Numbered from the stretch's first letter, positions 37,412-46,987 are shown. The stretch is DNA of 64,000 nt from Candidatus Tenderia sp. (GCA_031416075.1 JANOSY010000090.1:8288-72287), one strand, 5' to 3'. Numbers and translations: made by a program. The notes: a model not told the origin generated them from the sequence alone.

Positions 37412-37999
37412 ATGAACCATATGCGAAAAAAAGCGCTGGTCATGGGTGTCGTTAGCACAGTGCTGTTATCAGGGTGTGGTCAGCAAGCTGAAACCCCGGC
37501 AGCTGTTAATACAGCCATTACACCACAAAAAATGGCGGACGCCCTGCATGCAGTGATGGAGGCAGATCGAGCCGTCTATACCAAACTGGTGATCAACCGC
37601 TTGGTTAAAGAGGAGAAGGTGATTAAAGCCAGTGAGCACTGGCAGGATGATAAGGCGCTACCCCTGCCAGCACAGATGTTTCGTTTTGGTGCGGAGCGGG
37701 TTGCGGAAAGCAACAGTGATTTCAGTTATTCGCTAATCTCATCCTGGCCGATCAATAAACAGAATGAGCCAAAAACAGAGTCAGAGGCGAGTGGGTTGAA
37801 GTTTATTGAAGAGAACCCCGGAAAAAATTTCTATAAAGAGGAATCTCTGGGCGGAAAAAATTATTACACCGCCATATATCCCGATGTTGCTGTTGCCCCG
37901 GCCTGTGTTGAGTGCCATAACGACCATAAAGATACACCTAAGAGTGATTTTAAAATTGGCGATACCATGGGTGGTGTGGTGATTCGTATACCACTATAA
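37412..37999 (+). CDS. DUF3365 (Tll0287-like) monohaem cytochrome c lipoprotein
   Basis: Lipobox LLSGC, LPLPAQM, S..PIN..N.P...E, ACVECHN, GD.MGGVVIRIP. Confidence 0.78.
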   Translation: MNHMRKKALVMGVVSTVLLSGCGQQAETPAAVNTAITPQKMADALHAVMEADRAVYTKLVINRLVKEEKVIKASEHWQDDKALPLPAQMFRFGAERVAESNSDFSYSLISSWPINKQNEPKTESEASGLKFIEENPGKNFYKEESLGGKNYYTAIYPDVAVAPACVECHNDHKDTPKSDFKIGDTMGGVVIRIPL

Positions 38000-38027
38000 A
38001 TGTTTAAATACCGTGGCCTGTTAAGCG

Positions 38028-38881
38028 TCACGGGATTTTTGTAACGTTAAAATGGAGCAAAGCCATTCGATGATGTGCACCGCTTAAGCTTTCCATCCCA
38101 AGCGTTATCTTGATATTGCGTAAATCCAGTTCAACATGCCAGCGCTGTTTATATAACTCAGCCAGGGATTTTCTCGGTATCTCTTTGTCAGGCAATAATA
38201 TTGTTACCAATACTTTTTTATCCGTTTTAAGTTCACGGATAGTTAGTTCACCAGGAAACTCTTCATATTGTGCCTTGTTCATCCAGTCCGGCATGATCTT
38301 GGGTTTTTTCCAGGCCACAACATGATCGCGTACACCTAGCTTCTGACCTCTTCTGAAATCAGTTTTACGCACAGCATGTTGTTGGAATACAACATCAACT
38401 CCGTTTGCTATCAGCATGGCAATCAGAAAATAGCTACAATAATAACGGTCGCTCAACACCACATCGCCAGGCTCAAAGCTCTCTAATAACTGCCGTAACA
38501 GAGCGTGTTCACTCGCCCCTTTGCCTTTAAATGCTTCCATGGCTGCATCGAGCATCACGCCACTGGACAAACAAATGACACCAACAATTCTGGCGATGGG
38601 AAAGCCTAATCCAGGCGCTTGACCGCGTTGCTGGGGATAAACGTCTTGATTGGCCGCGGTGTCTGGCAGGGTGATGGTGGTGCCATCGACCAGCTTTACG
38701 CGACGTCCTTGCCAGCGCCATGCGTTCGGTGTCTGTTCCGCAACCAAACGCCCCAATTGCTTTACCAGTACAGCTGTGGGCTGGTGAGTAGATTGAAAAA
38801 ACTGTACGAGTCTGTCTTTTTGGCACAATGGCTAATGCGCTTCTGTTGATGGCCCGGTAATTTATGGTTAGGATGAGGCAT
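38028..38881 (-). pseudogene. IS4-family transposase, internally deleted and 3'-truncated
   Basis: DDE segments VKLVDGTT, DRYYCSY, LYKQRWHVELDLRNIK. The N-terminus (MPHPNH...FFNLLTSPQL, ATG 38881) stops early in a different frame. The C-terminus is lost after LGMESLS. Confidence 0.8.
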
Positions 38882-39007
38882 GGCTGGCGACTCCAGATGG
38901 TTGCGAATTGTGTGGTAACAATTAGCTTATCATCTCGCCAGCCTTCTTATTTCTTCAATAGGTTAGTGGCTTTTCATGCGGTGCTATGGCTTAAGTAAGT
39001 GCCATTC
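38085..39007 (-). mobile_element. IS4-family remnant with one terminal inverted repeat
   Basis: cttaagtaagtgccattc at 38990-39007 resembles IS4-group ends; no matching end found near 38.0 kb. Confidence 0.6.
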
Positions 39008-39014
39008 GGGCCTG

Positions 39015-40292
39015 TTACTGTTTTGCCTGTACTAATGTTAATGATAGTGCGGGCCAGTAGGTGATGATTAACAGCGCCACCAATAAGATGAAGAAGAACG
39101 GAATGGTGGCACGGCAGAGCTGTGTAACGGGCTTTTTGAAACGGTAGCTAGCAATAAAAAGGTTCATGCCAACAGGGGGGGTGAAGTAGCCGATTTGCAT
39201 GTTGGCAAGAAAGATGATGCCAAGGTGAATAGGGTGAATGTTGTAACCAAGTGCTACAGGTAAAAGAATGGGTGTCATGATGACGATGGCTGAAAATATG
39301 TCGAGCATGGTGCCGAGAATCAGCAGGAATATATTGAGTGCCAGCAGGAATGTCAGAGGGTCTTTGATGTGTTCGCGGATAGTCTCAAAGATTTTTGTGG
39401 GGACCTGTGCATCAATAAGGTAATTGGTTGAGGCTAGTGATAACCCGAGAATGATGAGGATAGCCCCGACGAGCACCATGGATTCACGCATGATTCCGGG
39501 CAGGGCTTTTAAGCTGATTTCACGCAGGATGAATACCTCTACAAGAAGTACATAGATGGCTGTGACAGCAGCTGCCTCAGATACAGCAAAATAACCACTG
39601 TATATTCCACCGAGCATAATAAAAGGCAGTGGCAGCTCCCATCTTGAATCAATTGCAGCAGCACGTAGTTCTTTCCAGGTGAATGGAGTGGTGGGTAGTG
39701 TGCGTCCTTGCCAGGCGCTCCAGCCACTTAGCATCAGGATCATAAGTATTCCTGGAAGAATACCTGCCAGAAATAGATCATCGATACTGAACGTTTCGCC
39801 GATGCCCATCTGTTGCGAAACGATGCCGTAGAGTATGAGCGGGAGTGATGGCGCGAACAGAACGCCTAGGCTGCCAGCACTGGTGATCAGGCCTAGATTG
39901 AAGTTGTCGTGGTAGCCCGCTTGTTTGAGCGCCGGATAGAGCAGTGCTCCGAGTGCAACAATGGTGACACCAGACGCGCCTGTGAATGCAGTAAAGAGTG
40001 CACAGGCGCTAAGCGCAACAATGGCAAGCCCTCCGGGCATCCAGCCAAGCAGCGCTTGAGTGAGGCGCACAAGACGGAGCGGGGCTTTGCTTTCACTTAA
40101 CAGATAACCGGCAAAGGTGAAGAGTGGGATTGCCAGCAGGATGGGCATCTCTGCTAAACGGTAGAATTCGATGATGATGACAGACAGGTCGATCTCGGCA
40201 CTGTAAAAACCAATGAGCGCAGAGGCGGCGATAACGATAAATAGGGGGGTCCCTATGAGTGCCAGCAGTATCAGGGTTAATGCGATAATCAC
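39015..40292 (-). CDS. dctM: TRAP transporter large permease DctM
   Basis: LLAIPLFTFAG, GSLGVLFAPS.P.I.Y, IHPIHLG...GYFTPPVGMNLF. Confidence 0.93.
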   Translation of the reverse strand: MIIALTLILLALIGTPLFIVIAASALIGFYSAEIDLSVIIIEFYRLAEMPILLAIPLFTFAGYLLSESKAPLRLVRLTQALLGWMPGGLAIVALSACALFTAFTGASGVTIVALGALLYPALKQAGYHDNFNLGLITSAGSLGVLFAPSLPLILYGIVSQQMGIGETFSIDDLFLAGILPGILMILMLSGWSAWQGRTLPTTPFTWKELRAAAIDSRWELPLPFIMLGGIYSGYFAVSEAAAVTAIYVLLVEVFILREISLKALPGIMRESMVLVGAILIILGLSLASTNYLIDAQVPTKIFETIREHIKDPLTFLLALNIFLLILGTMLDIFSAIVIMTPILLPVALGYNIHPIHLGIIFLANMQIGYFTPPVGMNLFIASYRFKKPVTQLCRATIPFFFILLVALLIITYWPALSLTLVQAKQ

Positions 40293-40783
40293 TTAACGTT
40301 CTGCTGTGGAATGGTCAACAGGGTGCTGAATGCATCTGTTAAGAATCGTAGTGCCATCAGGCCAAAGCCTATGGGGATGATGAGCTCGCAGATCCAGGCA
40401 GGCGCAGTAGCAAAGGCGGTTGTACCATCGTGATACTCCATGGCCACAAAGCGTATTGCGTGGTAGCAGATGATGGCGCAGATAGTGGCGCTGATCAAAT
40501 TGGTCAAGGGGGTTAGGAAGCGTCTTGCGGTGGTCGGTAGCAGCTTTGAAAGTAGGTCAATTTTGATATGGTTGCCATCACGTGTGGCCGCTATTGCCCC
40601 CAATAGACCGATCCAAAGCACCATCACCCTGAGCAATGGATCGCTCCAGTCTATGCCGGTGCCCCAAACATTGCGCATGACGATTTGAGTGGTGGCAATG
40701 AGAATCATTGCGCCGAGCATCAGTGCTAACAAGCACTTTTCCAGGTAGGCGGCAAGACGTCCTAATGTAGTGATCAGCTGCAC
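40289..40783 (-). CDS. dctQ: TRAP transporter small permease DctQ
   Basis: Four TM helices, W...L.R...LW..LLGA..A.....HIKIDL. Confidence 0.9.
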   Translation of the reverse strand: MQLITTLGRLAAYLEKCLLALMLGAMILIATTQIVMRNVWGTGIDWSDPLLRVMVLWIGLLGAIAATRDGNHIKIDLLSKLLPTTARRFLTPLTNLISATICAIICYHAIRFVAMEYHDGTTAFATAPAWICELIIPIGFGLMALRFLTDAFSTLLTIPQQNVK

Positions 40784-41782
40784 TTAGCGATGGTTGGTTC
40801 GATATTCGTTGAGTGGGATTTGCAGCGCCTGGACTATCTCTTTGCTAATGATGTTCTTGTCGACCATCGCTTTCATTGCGCTGCCTACGGCGTTTTGCCA
40901 CTGTTTTTGCTCCTCAGCACTAGGTTCCACAAACTGAATGCCTTGCTGTTTGAGTGCCTGCAGTGCCTGGGTATTGTCTTGACGGTTGATTTTATCAAGA
41001 CGGGCGAATGTGGTTTGCATGACGCTGCTGAACGTTGCCTGGTCTTGAGCGCTAAGCTCTTCAAAGGCTTTGCGCTGAATGATTAAGGTGCCCACAAGGT
41101 ACATAAGTGGTGTTGTGTTCAGGTGTTTTACTTTGGAATGCCACTGAAGAGCGATAGCTCCCATGGATGAGGCGGCCACGGTATCCACCATGCCGGTCTG
41201 CAAGCCGGTGAGCACATCGGTGAGTGGTAGTGGGATGGGGGATATGCCGATGGCCTCGAAGGCGGAACGGCTGAATTGATCACCTTCAGGTGACCAGACT
41301 TTATACTGTTTCAGATCATTGATTTTGTTTAATGGTTTGGCAGACATTAAATAGGCAAAGCCGCCTTCGCCTAGGCCAAAGCTGATGTACCCGTTGTCGT
41401 GTAGTCCCGAGATGATTTTTTTATCCAGCCGTTCACGGACGTAATCCACCTCTTCATAAGAACGAAAGGCCAGTGGCAGGCTGTAGACCTGTGCGTCAGG
41501 GTAAATCTCAGCCAGACCGCCACCGGTGATGGCTCCGCCTTGGAGCTGGCCGATACGCATTTTACGCAGCACGCTTTTATCATTACCCATGACTCCGCCA
41601 GGATAGAAGCGAATGGTGACGCGTCCCTGGGTCTTTTTGTCGATTTCGGCAGCAGCATTTTTTAACTCCTCCATCCAGTGGGTGCCATCGGGTGCCACGG
41701 TGGCTATTTTAAAGTTTTTTGCTTGCGCCGGCTGCAATGTGATTAACAGCAGGCACAGGGCGAGTGATAGCCATTTATGCAT
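40784..41782 (-). CDS. dctP: TRAP substrate-binding protein DctP (TatP-like)
   Basis: KIATVAPDGTHW, YPGGVMG.D..V.RKMRIGQLQG, LQTGMVD. Confidence 0.9.
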   Translation of the reverse strand: MHKWLSLALCLLLITLQPAQAKNFKIATVAPDGTHWMEELKNAAAEIDKKTQGRVTIRFYPGGVMGNDKSVLRKMRIGQLQGGAITGGGLAEIYPDAQVYSLPLAFRSYEEVDYVRERLDKKIISGLHDNGYISFGLGEGGFAYLMSAKPLNKINDLKQYKVWSPEGDQFSRSAFEAIGISPIPLPLTDVLTGLQTGMVDTVAASSMGAIALQWHSKVKHLNTTPLMYLVGTLIIQRKAFEELSAQDQATFSSVMQTTFARLDKINRQDNTQALQALKQQGIQFVEPSAEEQKQWQNAVGSAMKAMVDKNIISKEIVQALQIPLNEYRTNHR

Positions 41783-41786
41783 TAGA

Positions 41787-42635
41787 TTACTCCTCAAAAT
41801 ATTCGGCGGATGTGGCCAGTAGCTCATGGGCGGTCTCTTTGGCCAGTGTGTTGCTGAGTGTTAATGTATTAATAGTGGTTGTGGTGGCCAGCACTTCGTT
41901 AAGCAACTGGTCGTGCAGCTCTTTATCGAAGGTGAGACGTGCGTAATTGCGCGCCAGCTCCACTTTGGCGATCAGGTCTTGGCCTTGAGAGATGGCAATT
42001 GCCTGTTCAAAATGGGCGCGACCTTTTTCTGGTTGCCCCCCCAGTGTGGGCGAGAGCTGGCTGTTGATGACGCCCAGATAGAGATGTGCACGGCCCCACT
42101 CGTAACGTTCATCAATGGCGACAATACGTAACATCACGGCCTCTACCTTAGGCAGGTCAGCAAGGGCATTCCAGTTGCCTTTGTTGGTCTGTATCCACGT
42201 GGCCCATGCGGTGCCGTAGGTGTACAGGTAAGCGATATCATCGGCATCTACGTTGGTGAGACTGTTTTGGAAATCGGCAAGAGTGCCAGCATCGTGTTTG
42301 CAGACGGCATGCTGGCGTTGGCACAACGCTGCTCTGGATTGCAGTTTGGCCTTGTTTGCAAGGCGCTGCGCTTGAGCGGGGGTCTGGGCAAACAGTCCGG
42401 CGTAAGCGCTGTGAAGAGTCGCGCTTGCTTTCAGTGTGGCGGCGTCATCAGGGCTTTGCAGCACCAAGCTATCAAGCATCAGCAGATAGGCAGGCACCCC
42501 TTGACGGACGGTTTCAGGATCGTCTTGAGACAGAATAGCGTTGCCGAGATTGTCGGCAAGGCGGTTGGCAGCCATGCTGGTGCAGCCGCTAATGGCAGCC
42601 AACAGAAGAATAATAATTGATGTGCGAATAATCAT
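41787..42635 (-). CDS. TRAP-associated TatT (T component) lipoprotein
   Basis: Lipobox ISGC, D.ETVRQG.PAYLL, GG.PEKGR.HFE.A, YAR...D..L...LL; upstream of dctP. Confidence 0.8.
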   Translation of the reverse strand: MIIRTSIIILLLAAISGCTSMAANRLADNLGNAILSQDDPETVRQGVPAYLLMLDSLVLQSPDDAATLKASATLHSAYAGLFAQTPAQAQRLANKAKLQSRAALCQRQHAVCKHDAGTLADFQNSLTNVDADDIAYLYTYGTAWATWIQTNKGNWNALADLPKVEAVMLRIVAIDERYEWGRAHLYLGVINSQLSPTLGGQPEKGRAHFEQAIAISQGQDLIAKVELARNYARLTFDKELHDQLLNEVLATTTTINTLTLSNTLAKETAHELLATSAEYFEE

Positions 42636-42812
42636 GTTAATAAAGGGGAATATGAGGTTTATCAGCAAGCCTGCTATCATAACAGCTTAATTTTATAGTG
42701 TTATATATTTTTAGCGAGTGGCCTTTAGGCTCTGGCGTAACAGGTATTTTGTAACTGTAATTAATCTGTGCCAACATAGGGTGCTTTTTAACTAACCTTA
42801 GAGAAATTTTTC

Positions 42813-43502
42813 ATGAAAAAATTGGTGGTAGCGGCAACAGTCGTATTATTTGCAGGGATGGGCCAGGTTCAGGCTGTTGAAGGGTTGGATACAGACCAGA
42901 AACGTCTTAGTTACTTCCTGGGTATGCAGGTAGCACAGCAGATTAAGGGTGAGGGTGTGGCGCTGGAAGAGCCTGCCTTTATGATGGGATTCCGTGATAT
43001 TTATGGTGGTGCGGCACCCAAATTATCACAGGAAGAGATTCAGGGTACCCTGACACGTATACAGCAGCAGCGGGTGGAGGTGAGCAAAAAAATCTCTGAA
43101 GCCAACAAGCGTGAAGAGCCTGTTTTTATGGCGGCTAACGCTAAAAAAAGTGGTGTCAAACAGACGGCCAGTGGATTGCAGTATAAGGTTATTAATCCTG
43201 GCAAGGGTAAATCGCCCAAGCTGACTGATGTGGTTGAGGTTCACTATCGCGGTACATTGATTGATGGCACTGAGTTTGATAGCTCAATCAAACGTGGTCA
43301 GCCAGCGACCTTCCCTGTGAATGGTGTGATTCAGGGGTGGCAGGAGGTGTTGCCGATGATGAAAGAGGGGGCTAAGTGGCAGATTGTTGTTCCCTCAAAA
43401 CTGGCCTACGGTGAGCGTGGTGCGGGTGCCATGATTGGTCCTGATGCAACGCTGATTTTTGATATTGAGTTGTTGAAGATTAAGCCTAATACCCCTCAGT
43501 AA
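42813..43502 (+). CDS. FKBP-type peptidyl-prolyl isomerase (FklB/Mip/FkpA family)
   Basis: Signal peptide, TASGLQY, HYRGTLIDGTEFDSS, VIQGWQE, LAYG. Confidence 0.95.
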   Translation: MKKLVVAATVVLFAGMGQVQAVEGLDTDQKRLSYFLGMQVAQQIKGEGVALEEPAFMMGFRDIYGGAAPKLSQEEIQGTLTRIQQQRVEVSKKISEANKREEPVFMAANAKKSGVKQTASGLQYKVINPGKGKSPKLTDVVEVHYRGTLIDGTEFDSSIKRGQPATFPVNGVIQGWQEVLPMMKEGAKWQIVVPSKLAYGERGAGAMIGPDATLIFDIELLKIKPNTPQ

Positions 43503-43863
43503 TCAGCCAGTCGCTTTTTGCGCTACGGAGTGCGGTCTGCTCTGTAGCGCAGCGATAAAATACTTTGAGTGCGTAGTTGTGTGGACTCTCCTGCCAGAAG
43601 TAGGCGTCCCAGATAGTATTAAGCATGGCTTTTGAGTATACCGGGCCGGTGGGTGCGGCCAGGGGATGGGTCATAACGGCCAGATGGAGTGCATGTTCGG
43701 CAGGCACGCCAAGGCGTGAGTTGATCACTGAGTCAAAACCGATCATGGCACGGCCGTAACAGAGCTCTTCGTGAGGGGTGGCTGGGGTCTGTTCAAAGGC
43801 TATCACATCGGCAGGTAGTGCCAAAAATAGTAATGCTAAAACTTTGCTGACGTACGTTCTCAT
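43486..43863 (-). CDS. Hypothetical exported protein
   Basis: GGAGG RBS, signal-peptide-like N-terminus, two Cys. Confidence 0.65.
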   Translation of the reverse strand: MRTYVSKVLALLFLALPADVIAFEQTPATPHEELCYGRAMIGFDSVINSRLGVPAEHALHLAVMTHPLAAPTGPVYSKAMLNTIWDAYFWQESPHNYALKVFYRCATEQTALRSAKSDWLITEGY

Positions 43864-43964
43864 GGATCACCTCCACGCCGTAGTTCTGAGTCTGTAAAAC
43901 TCAGCGGTGCATATATGAGGGTATCGACCCGTTTTTACTTTTTATAAAACAGATGGAGAGATAG

Positions 43965-44519
43965 ATGAGCCATTTAAAGGTTTTTTCGGTTGCTGAGCGG
44001 CAGTTGCTTGAATCGTCCACGGTGCATGGCGAGATAGCGTCGAGACTTGCAGGGGTAGGTATCCGTTTTGAACGTTGGCAGGTGCATCAGCCATTGGCGG
44101 CGGCAGCGACGCAGGCAGAGGTGATAGAGGCCTACCAGATGCAGGTTGATGGTTTGATGGCTGAGTATGATTTTCAGTCGGTGGATGTGATTGCACTCCG
44201 TCCAGACCACCCGGAACGCCAAACATTGCGCCAAAAGTTTCTGGACGAACATACACATAGTGATTTTGAAGTGCGTTTTTTTGTGGCAGGCAGCGGGCTG
44301 TTTTATATCCATTCCGACGACAAGGTGTATGGCGTGATGTGTGAACAAGGGGACCTGATCAGCGTCCCGGCCGGCACCAAACATTGGTTTGATATGGGTG
44401 CAGAGCCAGATTTCAAATGTATCCGGCTCTTTACCTCGCCAGAGGGGTGGGTGGCGAGTTATAGCGGCGATGCAATTGCAAGCGCTTACCCCACGTTTGA
44501 GACGTTTTTGCAGCCATGA
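43965..44519 (+). CDS. mtnD: Acireductone dioxygenase
   Basis: FLDEHTHSDFEVRFFV.G.GLF, VPAGTKHWFDMG. Confidence 0.93.
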   Translation: MSHLKVFSVAERQLLESSTVHGEIASRLAGVGIRFERWQVHQPLAAAATQAEVIEAYQMQVDGLMAEYDFQSVDVIALRPDHPERQTLRQKFLDEHTHSDFEVRFFVAGSGLFYIHSDDKVYGVMCEQGDLISVPAGTKHWFDMGAEPDFKCIRLFTSPEGWVASYSGDAIASAYPTFETFLQP

Positions 44520-45187
44520 TTAAGGCGATTCTTACCGATGTTGAGGGGACAACCTCATCTATTGCCTTTGTTAAAGAGCAACTGTTTTCGTATGCGCGTG
44601 CCCATATGGGTAAGTTTGTGCGAACCCATGCAGATGAATCTGAGGTGATAGCGCTGCTCGATGAGGTGTGTTCGGTGGCGGGTGAACCACTTGAGCAGGA
44701 GGCGCTGATTCAGCAGCTGTTGAGTTGGATTGATGAGGATAAAAAAATCACCGCCCTTAAGCGTTTACAGGGGATGATCTGGACGGCAGGTTATAGAAAC
44801 GGCGATTTTACTGGTCATGTGTACGAAGACGCGGCCCGTAATTTACGTAGCTGGCATGAGGAGGGCGTTAAACTGTATGTCTTTTCATCGGGATCGGTGC
44901 AGGCGCAAAGGCTTATTTTTGGGTACAGCGATTTTGGTGATTTGACACCGCTGTTTAGTGGTTACTTTGATACGACAATGGGCAATAAACGTGACGTTGA
45001 TGCCTATGTCAAAATTGCTGGGCAGATCGGTCTGCCTGAGGGAGATATCCTGTTTCTCTCCGATACGGTTGAGGAGCTGGACGCGGCATTTACCGCAGGT
45101 ATGCAGACGTTGCAACTGATCCGGGATGCCTCAGTGAATGTCTCGCACCACCGCTCTATATCGAGTTTTGATCAGGTAAATCTGTAA
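44516..45187 (+). CDS. mtnC: Enolase-phosphatase E1
   Basis: ILTDVEGTTSSIAFVK, LK.LQGMIW..GY, SSGSVQAQ.L.FG, LFLSD. Confidence 0.94.
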   Translation: MIKAILTDVEGTTSSIAFVKEQLFSYARAHMGKFVRTHADESEVIALLDEVCSVAGEPLEQEALIQQLLSWIDEDKKITALKRLQGMIWTAGYRNGDFTGHVYEDAARNLRSWHEEGVKLYVFSSGSVQAQRLIFGYSDFGDLTPLFSGYFDTTMGNKRDVDAYVKIAGQIGLPEGDILFLSDTVEELDAAFTAGMQTLQLIRDASVNVSHHRSISSFDQVNL

Positions 45188-45204
45188 ACCTGTGGGTGAG
45201 CGCA

Positions 45205-45240
45205 GGGCCACCCCCGTATCCGATGATAGGGGGGTGGCCC
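45205..45240. terminator. Hairpin between convergent genes (probable bidirectional terminator)
   Basis: gggccacccccgtatc-cgat-gataggggggtggccc. Confidence 0.6.
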
Positions 45241-45249
45241 GCTGTTTTG

Positions 45250-45840
45250 TTAGCCGAAGTAGTCGGGTTCCATGCCCGGCTTCCACTTGATATTACAGCC
45301 CATGCTGGGTGTCTGGTCAGCGCTGATGGGACGGTTGGCCAGCAGTGCGTCAACCGCACTACGCAGGTCATTGCCTGTGACAGCAACCTCATTTTTGGGG
45401 CGACTGCTGTCAAACTGGCCACGATAGGCTAGGTTCATCTCACCCTGACCACTGTTTTTAAAGAGGAAAAAATCCGGAGTACAGGCAGCTCGGTAGGCCT
45501 TGGCCACTGACTGTGTCTCATCGTAGAGGTAGGGGAAGGTATAACCGGCGCTTGCGGCCTCGGCGGCCATTTTTTCCGGGGCATCATCGGGATAGTTGGC
45601 AGCGTCATTGCTGTTGATGCCGACAATGGCCAAGCCCTGATCCTGATATTGCTGGTCAAAGTCGGCCAACGCCTGACGCAGGTGGATGACGTATGGGCAG
45701 TGGTTGCACATGAATATAACAAGCAGCCCTTTGGCTGTTTTGAAATCATCACGACTGACCTGTTTGCCGTGAGCGTCCGGTAAGGTGAAGGGTGGGGCAA
45801 GGGTGCCCAGTTCCAGCATGGTTGAAAGGGTACGTGCCAT
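45250..45840 (-). CDS. Thioredoxin-fold/redoxin (AhpC-TSA-like) protein
   Basis: FMCNHCPYV, YPDDAPEKM, ACTPDFF, SMGCNIKW; AAGGAG RBS before ATG 45840. Confidence 0.88.
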   Translation of the reverse strand: MARTLSTMLELGTLAPPFTLPDAHGKQVSRDDFKTAKGLLVIFMCNHCPYVIHLRQALADFDQQYQDQGLAIVGINSNDAANYPDDAPEKMAAEAASAGYTFPYLYDETQSVAKAYRAACTPDFFLFKNSGQGEMNLAYRGQFDSSRPKNEVAVTGNDLRSAVDALLANRPISADQTPSMGCNIKWKPGMEPDYFG

Positions 45841-46006
45841 CGATCTCTCCTTGAACTCTTGATATGAACAACTGCCTGATTCTACATCCTCAGCCGGATT
45901 GATTATATGGGCAATCTTCAGATTGGGCGTTGAGCGGGAAGGGGCATGGATGAATAGTTTGTTAGAATCGTTCAACGTTGAGTCTATTGGGTACAAAGGA
46001 GTGGTG

Positions 46007-46987
46007 GTGGGATTAAAACAGATGGTTGGTTGGTTGTTGGCGAGTTTGATCGGTATGAGCACGGCGACTCTGGCGGCGGAGACGCCCAGTTTTGAGCAGT
46101 GGCTAGCGGCGTTGAAGAGTGAGGCGTTAACAAAAGGGATCTCTACCAAAACCTTGGAGCGGGCGTTTGTCGGGGTGGCGCCGATTGAAAGAGTCGTCGA
46201 GCTGGATCGCAAGCAGCCGGAGTTTACCCGAACGCTGGATCAATATCTCAGCAACGCCATTTCTCAGCGCCGTATCGATCTGGGGCGTCAGAAACTGGTG
46301 GAAAATGCGGAGTTGCTGGCGCAGGTCTACCAAAAATATGGTGTGCCTCCCCACTATCTGGTCGCTTTTTGGGGGATTGAGACTGATTATGGCCGTTTTA
46401 CCGGAGGCAACAATGTGATCGCGGCCCTCTCCACCCTGGCCTATGATGGCCGTCGCAGCGCCTTTTTCCGCAGCCAGCTCTTGGATGCCTTGAAGATTAT
46501 TGAAGATGGCAATATTGAGCCGGAGAAGATGCTCGGGTCGTGGGCTGGGGCGATGGGGCAGGCGCAGTTCATGCCGTCAACCTTCCGCCAGTATGCGATC
46601 GATTTTGATGGTGATGGGCGAATTGATCTGTGGAATTCTAAGGCGGATGTATTTGCCTCAGCCGCGCACTACCTCTCCTCCGTAGGCTGGATTGATAAGC
46701 AGGGCTGGGGGCGTGAGGTGCAGCTGCCAGGTGAGTTTGATACCAAGTTATTCTCCCTGGATATCAAAAAGCCCCTGGTCGACTGGCGTGCCATGGGTGT
46801 GAGCACATTGAAGGTTGGGGATCTGCCACTTGCTGATCTTGAGGCGTCTCTGGTGCGGCCGGATGATGTGGACGGTGCCCGTGCTTTTCTGGTCTATGAC
46901 AACTTTCATACTATTCTTAATTGGAACCGTTCCAGCCGTTATGCTATCGCGGTAGGTACGTTGGCCGATGAACTTTCCCGTCCATAA
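46007..46987 (+). CDS. Lytic murein transglycosylase (MltB/Slt35 family)
   Basis: DRKQPEF, WGIETDYG, GSWAGAMGQAQFMPS, DFDGDG.IDLW, WNRS..YA; start approximate. Confidence 0.9.
   Translation: MGLKQMVGWLLASLIGMSTATLAAETPSFEQWLAALKSEALTKGISTKTLERAFVGVAPIERVVELDRKQPEFTRTLDQYLSNAISQRRIDLGRQKLVENAELLAQVYQKYGVPPHYLVAFWGIETDYGRFTGGNNVIAALSTLAYDGRRSAFFRSQLLDALKIIEDGNIEPEKMLGSWAGAMGQAQFMPSTFRQYAIDFDGDGRIDLWNSKADVFASAAHYLSSVGWIDKQGWGREVQLPGEFDTKLFSLDIKKPLVDWRAMGVSTLKVGDLPLADLEASLVRPDDVDGARAFLVYDNFHTILNWNRSSRYAIAVGTLADELSRP

Noticed and set aside
45841-46212. Long N-terminal extension of the redoxin ORF overlapping the mltB-like gene
   Set aside because: There is a clear RBS and family-typical start at 45840; the extension is antisense to a real gene.
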